From a virus: DNA of 54,340 nucleotides. The notes below the pieces were generated by a model. It was not told the DNA's origin. It saw only the letters and a list, made by a program, of their open reading frames with translations, and did no database searches. Location of the stretch: IMG/VR virus record IMGVR_UViG_3300002091_000038, positions 1-54,340 of that record. One strand, given 5' to 3'. Made by a program: the position numbers and the translations under genes. This document shows positions 1-7,030 of the stretch, one piece after another (positions within the stretch are counted from its first letter, which is position 1; each line of letters begins with the position of its first letter).

Positions 1-63
1 GGGGGCCGGGGAGCGGAGCCCCCACCTCGTATTACGCCCCCACTTTTCACCCCCCACCCTTTC
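1..63. repeat. Left copy of 63-bp exact terminal direct repeat (identical to 54278-54340)
   Basis: The first 63 nt (gggggccggggagcggagccccc...ccaccctttc) are repeated base-for-base as the last 63 nt of the window. This indicates a complete circular/permuted or terminally redundant genome. Confidence 0.9.
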
Positions 64-221
64 ACCCCTGCGCCACTACATTTGCCCACCCCGTCACCCG
101 CCCCTCAGATTCGCCCACCCGTCCGGCCCCCCTTCCTTTTTCCCACACCCTTACCCAAACTATCAGGTACGGCATGTTTTCGTTTTACTTTTCGTGTGCC
201 GTGTGGCTACATTTTTCCGTT

Positions 222-614
222 ATGAGAGAAATCACAGATCACAAATTGAACGGCCTGAATGACGCACTTCACATCATCGTAACCGATGAACCGGGGCAGG
301 GCGGCGCCAACCATGAATATGAAATTCATCTGACTGCCACGCCTGACGCCGGCACGCCAAAGATTACCGCTGAACGGTGGCAGCAAAACATCTCGTTCCA
401 GAACGGTCCGATTCTTGAGGCTGGCATCAACGGCATCAGTGGTGAAGCCTTGGTTGCCATTGTGATCGACCGCTTGCGCTGTTTCCAGGCCGGGCCCTAT
501 GCCTGCCGTGAAAACGCTATCGCCCTTACCAAACTCGAAGAAGCCATGATGTGGCTGCAGAAGCGCACCCGTGATCGTCTTGCCCGTGGTGTGGAGGGCA
601 CAAACGCGAAGTAA
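222..614 (+). CDS. Conserved phage accessory protein; the C-terminal helical hairpin is possibly an Acb2/Vs.4-like cyclic-nucleotide sponge
   Basis: ORF 174-614, internal ATG at 222 (MREITDHK...). The C-terminal segment GISGEALVAIVIDRLRCFQAGPYACRENAIALTKLEEAMMWLQKRTRDRLARGVEGT matches my recollection of the Acb2/Tad1-hairpin type phage family. The identification is from memory only. Confidence 0.4.
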   Translation: MREITDHKLNGLNDALHIIVTDEPGQGGANHEYEIHLTATPDAGTPKITAERWQQNISFQNGPILEAGINGISGEALVAIVIDRLRCFQAGPYACRENAIALTKLEEAMMWLQKRTRDRLARGVEGTNAK

Positions 615-875
615 CCCTTTGGGCGTCCGGTCTGGCTCTGAATGAGCATAGCAGGCATTCGTCGGGTGGCGGGTGTCGAGTCCGGGCCGGGCGCCCATCT
701 TTCTTTTATGATCACATTCGCCAATCACAAACCCGTAGTGAAGCCAGGTAAAACCATCTGGCGTCGATTCTTCATCCTGTGGCCAGAGCGTCCGAAGCCA
801 AGAAAGTAGCCGCCGGCCATGAGACTGCCAATCAACCGCCCCCGGCGTCCTGCCCGCATCAATGGGCCGCGCCCG

Positions 876-1193
876 ATGAAGCCGCAACTGGGCCGCCAGG
901 TGCCACCGCAAGAATTCGAATTGAAGCAGAATGGCCTGTGGAGATTCAAGGCTGTTGAGTCCCTGATCAATCGCTATGATCCTGCTGGCTCATTGACAAG
1001 AGCCGGTTTCGAACTGCTTCAAAAAGAGGGCGTGCGGGTGCTTGATTACCTATTGGTGGAGATGGTGAAAAATGGGCGCATCCGCAGGTATGACATTCAC
1101 AATTTTTGCGGCCAGTTCCATGATGAGTGCATGGTCACCATCCATCCTGTGGTCAAGCCGCGTGCGGAGAGGAAACGGGCGGCCGCGTCATAG
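876..1193 (+). CDS. Hypothetical protein
   Basis: ORF 819-1193; the start is uncertain (ATG at 819 or 876). It converges on and overlaps the 3' end of the integrase-like gene by 6 nt. No recognisable motif. Confidence 0.35.
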   Translation: MKPQLGRQVPPQEFELKQNGLWRFKAVESLINRYDPAGSLTRAGFELLQKEGVRVLDYLLVEMVKNGRIRRYDIHNFCGQFHDECMVTIHPVVKPRAERKRAAAS

Positions 1194-2093
1194 ATCCCCC
1201 AGCTCCAGCTTCGCCGGTTTCACCTTCAACTGGCTGTAGTGCCAGTACGCCCACGCATAGGTGACGTCCATTTTCTCGGCCGCCAGTTTCATGCTGCCGG
1301 TCTTGCGCAGCCAGATGGCGCCGCAGTGCCAGCGCACTTGTTCCGGTGTCACGCTGAATCGATTTAGCCAGGCCGCGTGCTCCTTGCGCATTTCGCTCGG
1401 GGCCCCGGTGAGCGCCAATCGCAGGTGTTCGGCCTGCAATTTCTTGTCGATTGAAGGCAGGGCGGCCGCGATTTTGGCCAGCTTTGCCGGGCTCAAGGGA
1501 TGGTCTGAGTATCTGAATCGAGCGTCTGGCAGTCCCGGCGCGCTCATGAAGCCTTCCAGTGATGGCAGATTCAAGCCCGCGGCCTCGTATGCCAGCATCG
1601 CCTTTCTTGAGAACGCGGATTTCGCATGGTTCAAGATCGAGTTTGCCTGGCCGTTGTTCTCATGGGGCAGGTCATAGTCTGGCCGCTTCAATCCCTGCTT
1701 CCTGGCCTGGAATGCCCCCACCAGCGCCCGGGTGAGGATGTCGCAGGGAAGTTCGTCCACCACCTTCTTGCCTGTGGCCTCTTTGATCAATTCCACCAGC
1801 CGGCGGCCATACTCAGGATCTGCGAGCTTCACCACGGCACCAATGGTCGCCACCCGGCCACCGCGCTTGTTCACCAGTTTGCTCGCGCCGGTCCATGTGC
1901 CGCTTAGGATCTCATCGGCCACGCGCTTCACAATCTCGCACGCCTCAGCCGCGTTAGCCGTGCCCGTGCTCATGGGCAGCCGCTTGCCCTGGCGCTGGAT
2001 GCGGAACCACCACGGCGAATCCTCCTTGTCGCTGCGCTTGTAGAGGGTGTAGGTCTTCGTCCCGATCAGTACAAATGGCGGCGTTTTGTTCAT
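1188..2093 (-). CDS. Tyrosine-integrase-like protein with a truncated/degenerate catalytic region
   Basis: Start taken at MNKTPPFVLIG (ATG at 2093). The N-terminus (YTLYKRSDKEDSPWWFRIQRQGKRLPMSTGTANAAEA) parallels the arm-binding N-terminus of the true integrase at 32687-33775. The C-terminus has only remnants: TGAPSEM where TGxRxSE is expected, and WHCGAIWLRKTG...YAWAYWHY. The spacing is far too short for a full catalytic domain. Confidence 0.5.
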   Translation of the reverse strand: MNKTPPFVLIGTKTYTLYKRSDKEDSPWWFRIQRQGKRLPMSTGTANAAEACEIVKRVADEILSGTWTGASKLVNKRGGRVATIGAVVKLADPEYGRRLVELIKEATGKKVVDELPCDILTRALVGAFQARKQGLKRPDYDLPHENNGQANSILNHAKSAFSRKAMLAYEAAGLNLPSLEGFMSAPGLPDARFRYSDHPLSPAKLAKIAAALPSIDKKLQAEHLRLALTGAPSEMRKEHAAWLNRFSVTPEQVRWHCGAIWLRKTGSMKLAAEKMDVTYAWAYWHYSQLKVKPAKLELGDL

Positions 2094-2103
2094 GAAATCA
2101 AAA

Positions 2104-2125
2104 CGAAACACAAGCGAAACACAAG
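2104..2125. repeat. Perfect 11-bp tandem duplication (CGAAACACAAG x2) in a divergent promoter region
   Basis: cgaaacacaag occurs at 2104-2114 and again at 2115-2125. It lies between the integrase-like start (2093, minus) and the first gene of the terminase operon (2164, plus). Confidence 0.85.
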
Positions 2126-2163
2126 TCAATGGACGTTTTGAGCCATCGTGCCACATTGTTCCG

Positions 2164-2409
2164 ATGACAGACGAACAGATTGCGGACAGCATTTTTACAG
2201 CGGCGCGGAAGTCGCTCATTCGTTTTGCCAAGGCTGGTGCCGTCACTCAAGATGAGCGGGACAGGGCGGCGGTGGCGGAATTCCTTTCCGGGGCTAACCA
2301 GGCGATGCACTATTTGATTGCGAACGACGGTGCTATTACGCCTCAGCAAATACAGCGCGCCCTGGCGATTGCTGGTGATCGCATGGGTTTCAAACTCGCG
2401 CACTTATGA
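2164..2409 (+). CDS. Small helical protein; positional candidate for terminase small subunit
   Basis: ORF 2086-2409 with ATG at 2164 (MTDEQIADS...), 81 aa. Its stop overlaps the TerL start (ATGA at 2406-2409). No diagnostic motif, so the call is by position only. Confidence 0.3.
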   Translation: MTDEQIADSIFTAARKSLIRFAKAGAVTQDERDRAAVAEFLSGANQAMHYLIANDGAITPQQIQRALAIAGDRMGFKLAHL

Positions 2410-4256
2410 GCATTGAAAAGTACGGCGGCGACTGGAAGACCGATGATCCCGTGGTGCCTGAGCTTATGCTCTACGGTTTCGATGAACTGCGCGAGCAATG
2501 CGGCAGCCGGGCGCTGTCGAAGTCCGATCACATGCGCAATGCCATCAAGCTGCTACTGCCGTCGTCCACGGGTTTCGAATGGCATCGCTGGGTGGATGAG
2601 TTGATTGAAGAGTGGTGTTATCGCGACATTTTCAGCGTGTGGGGCCCCTCCTCTTCCGGCAAGTCGTCGATGCTCGGGCTACTGTGCTACACGGATCTGC
2701 TGGTGGCGCCCACTGAAACGCTGGTGGTGATGGTGACCAACCCGTTGAAAATGCACATCGAACGCTCCTGGGGCAACCTGCTCACCTGGCGCTCCAAGAT
2801 GCCGGAACAGTGGAAAGTGGGCCGCGTGCTCAATCCCCAGTCGCCGCGCCTGGACTGCACGGGCGGCGGCAAGGATGGTGGCAAGTTCGTTGGCGTGCGC
2901 TGCATTTCCACGGAAGACGGCGAAACCGAAAAATCGCTTAAAGACAAGATCGGCGGCCATGCCAAGCGTAACCGGCTGCTGGTGGATGAAGCGCAGGGTT
3001 GTACTGACATCGTGCTCAAGATCAAGGCCAACCTGGGAGCCTCCGGCGAGTACAAAGAGGGCTTCATTGGCAACCCGGATTCATGGATGAATCCCCTTGG
3101 CGAAATCAGCGAGCCTTACAACATCACGCGCCGGCAGGTGATGGATGAGTTTCCCGACAAGTGGGAAACCGTTCACACCCGCATTCGCCACGACGGCAGC
3201 GAATCACGCGGCGTGTGCATCGTGCTGGATGGCGAAAAGTGTCCCACACTGGACAGCCAGGCAGAAGCCAGGCGGCTGCATTTCCTCACGCAACCATCAG
3301 CCATCCTCACAGCCAAACAGGTGCCAGGGGCGGAAAATTCGCCGCACTACTGGACCTACATCCGGGGCCGTATCCCGCCGGCCGGCGGCCGCTTGACGGT
3401 GCTTTCTGAGCTGGATTTGGAGGCGTGTGGTGCAAGCGGGCCGCGCCCGTGGTCACAAAACGCCAAACGTGAGCGCTGGGCTTCTTTCGATCTGTCGCTG
3501 GGTGGTGATGCCATCCCCGGAACGCTGCTTGAACTAGGGGAAGCGCAGGCTGGTGTTGTCGGAGGCCATCGAAATTCCGCCTTGCCGGCGGCCGGTCCAA
3601 TCGTGGTGCAAATCATGGAGCAGGATCATATCGCGGTGAACGTCAAGAAGCACGATCACAGCGGCCAGGTGGCACTCGGCATCATCGAGATGGTGAAAAA
3701 GTGGGGAATTGCCATGGTTGGTGATCCAAAGGGGTGGGATCGCGTGGCCATGGATGCCAGCGGTCAACAGGGAGCCATTGTGGACACCGTGGAGCGCATC
3801 GCAGGCTGTCCGGGCAAGATCGTGCGGGTGAAATGGGAAGATGCCGTATCCGAACGCCGCTGGGGGCCTAAAAACGACACTGCCAAGAGCCGAATCAAGA
3901 TCAAAGCGGCCGAACTGCTGATTCAGCTCGCGACTTTGATCCGCAATGGCACGATTTGCCGGCTTCCCAAAGAGGTGGCCTATCAACTGGTCACTCGCGG
4001 TATGCTACAGGCTGACGGCAAGGCCGATGTGGAGCCGAAAGAAGCCTGGAGACGGGCGCACAAAGGCAAATCACCCGATGAACTGGACTCCGTGGCCATT
4101 GGCATTGAGGCCATGCTTCGAAAAGGCGTTATCAGCATCACTAAAACCCGCTCTGGTGAGGAAAGGCAGCCTGATCTTGAGCAATTTATGCAGCCGCGCA
4201 AGCAGGTTGATCGCTACGTGGAGCGGCGGCAGCGCATCTCCCGTGTCTGCCGTTGA
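2406..4256 (+). CDS. terL: Terminase large subunit
   Basis: 616 aa. Walker A VWGPSSSGKSS, Walker B LLVDEAQG and a C-terminal nuclease-sized domain. It sits directly upstream of the portal-sized gene. Confidence 0.85.
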   Translation: MSIEKYGGDWKTDDPVVPELMLYGFDELREQCGSRALSKSDHMRNAIKLLLPSSTGFEWHRWVDELIEEWCYRDIFSVWGPSSSGKSSMLGLLCYTDLLVAPTETLVVMVTNPLKMHIERSWGNLLTWRSKMPEQWKVGRVLNPQSPRLDCTGGGKDGGKFVGVRCISTEDGETEKSLKDKIGGHAKRNRLLVDEAQGCTDIVLKIKANLGASGEYKEGFIGNPDSWMNPLGEISEPYNITRRQVMDEFPDKWETVHTRIRHDGSESRGVCIVLDGEKCPTLDSQAEARRLHFLTQPSAILTAKQVPGAENSPHYWTYIRGRIPPAGGRLTVLSELDLEACGASGPRPWSQNAKRERWASFDLSLGGDAIPGTLLELGEAQAGVVGGHRNSALPAAGPIVVQIMEQDHIAVNVKKHDHSGQVALGIIEMVKKWGIAMVGDPKGWDRVAMDASGQQGAIVDTVERIAGCPGKIVRVKWEDAVSERRWGPKNDTAKSRIKIKAAELLIQLATLIRNGTICRLPKEVAYQLVTRGMLQADGKADVEPKEAWRRAHKGKSPDELDSVAIGIEAMLRKGVISITKTRSGEERQPDLEQFMQPRKQVDRYVERRQRISRVCR

Positions 4257-4285
4257 CGTTTCACAGGAATAATGACACCATCTGG
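4254..4285 (+). promoter_or_regulatory. Copy A of a shared 32-nt element TGACr-N7-GGAATAATGACACCATCTGG
   Basis: The 20 nt at 4266-4285 are identical to 42060-42079, and a TGAC sits 12 nt upstream in both copies. The internal ATG (4272) opens a 14-codon leader ORF whose TGA overlaps the portal ATG (ATGA at 4313-4316). Confidence 0.45.
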
Positions 4286-4312
4286 CTCACAACCACGCCT
4301 AGGCGGCCCCTC

Positions 4313-6655
4313 ATGATTGATTTTGCCGATTCCACCCTGTCTCTTGAGGTTCCCGACGTCGAAAACCTCAGCAAACCGCAGCCCCTGCGTGCTTCTGATC
4401 CGAAAAAGACGCTCGGCATGATTCTGCGCCGCTGGCAGTCGCCAGAGGTTCAGAAAAAGGTACGGCTCGCAAAGTTTATCGAAGACGCTTTCGAGCAAAT
4501 GCCGCCGGATGGCGATGAAGAATTGGAGCAGGACGGGCTCGGCTGGGTGGCCAATGTGGACTGGGGCGGCATGAACGCCGGCATCAGCGATGGCATCGAA
4601 TCCGACTACAATCTAGTCACTCAGCCTGACACGTATGTGAAGCTGGTGCGCCGCAATCCGAAAGCGGGCAAGTCCAGCGCGCTGGAAACTCTGGCCCGGC
4701 TGCACAAAGACATGGTGGATTCCTGGGAGGATTCGGACGCGGAAATTCAGCAAATGCTCTTCCATCGCCGCGCCTTGGGGCTCGGCATCTTCCATTATCC
4801 GCACCCCTATGGCTGGCATTCACGCGCCTTGCATCCCTGCAACCTTGTACTGCCGCCACGCGCCAAGCTCAGCCCCAACACCTGGTCTTGGTTTGCCATC
4901 CGCACGGAGCTGCAGATTACGGAACTGCTGGTGCGCTTCAAGGATCGCAAGGCATCGGCGGCCGTGGGCTGGCAGCTTATCGAGATTGCCAAGCTGATCG
5001 GCAAGTATGCGCAGAATGGTGGCACAGCGCTCATGGGACAGCTCTTTTCTGATCCCGAAGGCTTCATTTACAATCTGGCGCAAAACGACCTCTCCTTTGC
5101 GGCTGAAAACAACCTCACGATTCCGGGCTGGACCTTCTACGTTCAGGAACTGGAGCCGGATGGCAAAAAGGGCAAGGTGAGCGAGTACATGCTCAGTGAC
5201 TACACTGACATCGGCTGGCTCTACAAGGGCGAGAAGCGACACAAGAACATGGCCGATTTGATCGCGCTGCTGCCGCTGGCGATGGGACAGGGGTACATCG
5301 AGCGCGTGCGCGGATACGGCGTGAAAATGCTGCCATTCCATGATCTGGAGAACCGGGTTCTCAATCACGCATGCGATGTGACCATGCTTGGCGCCGGCAT
5401 GGTGCTGAAAGGCACGAACGGTGATGACTTCAAGCGCATGCGTGAAGAGATTCACATGCACGGGCCGGTAACCTTCCTGCCCGAAGGTGTTGATATTCAG
5501 CAAACTTCGTTCAGCAATCCATCAGCTGGCGTGCTTGGATTGCGCCGTGAGTTTGAACGTGTGGGCAACCTGCGCAACCGTTCCATGGGTGGCGCGGAAT
5601 ATGGCCAGCGCGAGAACGATCAAACTGCCACGGCTGCACGCCTGAATTTCCAGGGGCGGAACACGTCTCGCAGCTTTGAAATCTCCCGTTTTTACAAGCA
5701 GCTTGACAATCATTACCGGATTCAGTGGCTCAAGATGATTGATCCGAAGCTCACGGAACGTGATCCTGGCGGCCCTGAGTACAAGCTGTTTCTCGCAGAA
5801 GCGGCCGAAGAGGGTGTGCAACCCTCAGACATCGAATCCATCAAGCGCGTGACGGCGCGCACGATCTTTGGCGACGGCGATCCAAACAACCAGTTCCTGG
5901 CGCTGCAGGACTTGAAGGAATACACCGGCCGCCTGCCTGCCAGCGGACAGCGCATCATGATGCGGATGGCGTTCCGGGCCCGCCTACGTGATCCCGCACT
6001 GGTAGATGAGATGATGGGTCCGGATGATCCGACACAGGATCGCGAGTTCATGCGCCAGGTCTGGCGCTGCGAAATGGAGCAGGGCGTGTTTGAAACCTCG
6101 GACACCAAAGTCAACCTGCAGGATGATGACAACCACCTCATCCATGCCGGCGAGCACACTGTCTTTGCAGAGGATGTGAAGCAGCGGGTGGATAACAGCC
6201 AGCTCAGTGAAGCGGATGCGCTGCCAAAGATCATGCGTGCCCGCGTCCACACGCTGCTGCACATTGGCATGTTGCAAACTGATCCGATGGCAATGGCAGA
6301 GTTCAAGGATCTTAACCGCCGCTGGGCTGATCTGACCAACACCATGCGGCAGTGGGACCAGCACCTGCAGGCACAGCAACAGCGCCAGCAACAGCAACAG
6401 CTTGAGGAGCTGCGCAATCCCAAGCCATCGGTCAAGGAGCAGGAAATTGCCCTCACCGAACAGCTCAAGCGCGAGACGATCAAAGCCAAGGCTGATCTTG
6501 AAAATCAGCTCATGGTTGAGAAGCACCAGAAGACTTTGGACATCGAAGCCCGCGCCGCAAACGTGCGGGTAGGCATCGAACAGCTCAAGGCTGTAAGCGC
6601 GATTTCGAATGACACCAGCAAGCACGATGAACGACCAGCAACCGAAGCCAGTTAA
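4313..6655 (+). CDS. Portal protein (putative) with a C-terminal Q/E-rich coiled coil
   Basis: ~780-aa ORF immediately after TerL. The C-terminus is QQRQQQQQLEELR...coiled coil. The call rests on size and position. ATG 4313 is preferred over the TTG at 4253 used by the ORF track. Confidence 0.65.
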   Translation: MIDFADSTLSLEVPDVENLSKPQPLRASDPKKTLGMILRRWQSPEVQKKVRLAKFIEDAFEQMPPDGDEELEQDGLGWVANVDWGGMNAGISDGIESDYNLVTQPDTYVKLVRRNPKAGKSSALETLARLHKDMVDSWEDSDAEIQQMLFHRRALGLGIFHYPHPYGWHSRALHPCNLVLPPRAKLSPNTWSWFAIRTELQITELLVRFKDRKASAAVGWQLIEIAKLIGKYAQNGGTALMGQLFSDPEGFIYNLAQNDLSFAAENNLTIPGWTFYVQELEPDGKKGKVSEYMLSDYTDIGWLYKGEKRHKNMADLIALLPLAMGQGYIERVRGYGVKMLPFHDLENRVLNHACDVTMLGAGMVLKGTNGDDFKRMREEIHMHGPVTFLPEGVDIQQTSFSNPSAGVLGLRREFERVGNLRNRSMGGAEYGQRENDQTATAARLNFQGRNTSRSFEISRFYKQLDNHYRIQWLKMIDPKLTERDPGGPEYKLFLAEAAEEGVQPSDIESIKRVTARTIFGDGDPNNQFLALQDLKEYTGRLPASGQRIMMRMAFRARLRDPALVDEMMGPDDPTQDREFMRQVWRCEMEQGVFETSDTKVNLQDDDNHLIHAGEHTVFAEDVKQRVDNSQLSEADALPKIMRARVHTLLHIGMLQTDPMAMAEFKDLNRRWADLTNTMRQWDQHLQAQQQRQQQQQLEELRNPKPSVKEQEIALTEQLKRETIKAKADLENQLMVEKHQKTLDIEARAANVRVGIEQLKAVSAISNDTSKHDERPATEAS

Positions 6656-7025
6656 GGCGCATTCCGAATGGGATGTGATGTCCGTGGATGAATTTTGCCA
6701 AGATCCCGTGGCCGTGAAGGAATGGCGGGACTTCCTGGCATCTGACACGGGCCGAAAGCTCGCGGCCGCCGTGCGCGGGGCTGATCCGAAGCTGGCGTTG
6801 ACCGTGGGTGAAACCTGCTCGCCGGCCATGATTCGCAGCTCCTCGAAGATGGAGGGCGATGCTGCTGAAACGCTGCTCGGCAAGATCACTGGCCACACCC
6901 TCATGGAATCGCTGCTGTTCCGCCGCCTGACTGTGCCGCGTGTGGCAGCTGATCCGAAATCGGCTCGCGCCCGTGGCGGCCGTCGTGACATCCCTGGCGC
7001 TTCCGCCGTCATGCCCACCACCTGA
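6627..7025 (+). CDS. Hypothetical protein between portal and scaffold
   Basis: ORF 6609-7025 (ATG at 6609 or 6627). It overlaps the portal 3' end and is co-directional with it. No motif. Confidence 0.4.
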   Translation: MNDQQPKPVKAHSEWDVMSVDEFCQDPVAVKEWRDFLASDTGRKLAAAVRGADPKLALTVGETCSPAMIRSSSKMEGDAAETLLGKITGHTLMESLLFRRLTVPRVAADPKSARARGGRRDIPGASAVMPTT

Positions 7026-7030
7026 TTTTT

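Noticed and set aside
621-697. A canonical tRNA: a 7-bp acceptor-like pairing (GGGCGTC/GGCGCCC), a discriminator A and a GTCGAGTCC T-loop-like string.
   Set aside because: No T-stem pairing flanks the T-loop-like string, and there is no D-arm with conserved GG or a 5-bp anticodon stem with a 7-nt loop. It is kept only as an unexplained structured element.
207-911. 234-aa minus-strand ORF covering the 222-614 gene and the region downstream.
   Set aside because: It is antisense to a gene with a recognisable conserved family motif, has an Arg/Gly-rich composition and has no plausible context.
4266-4273. Reading GGAATAAT at 4266 and 42060 (also 20500 and 25969) as ordinary sigma70 -10 boxes.
   Set aside because: No acceptable -35 hexamer lies at 16-19-nt spacing in these four copies. 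The TGAC boxes are only 7-9 nt upstream. Only the 52806 copy has a proper -35.
4253-4312. The TTG start at 4253 for the portal gene, as given in the ORF track.
   Set aside because: The first 20 codons overlap the TerL stop and consist of the shared 32-nt element. An ATG at 4313 is coupled (ATGA) to a leader ORF. The start remains uncertain.
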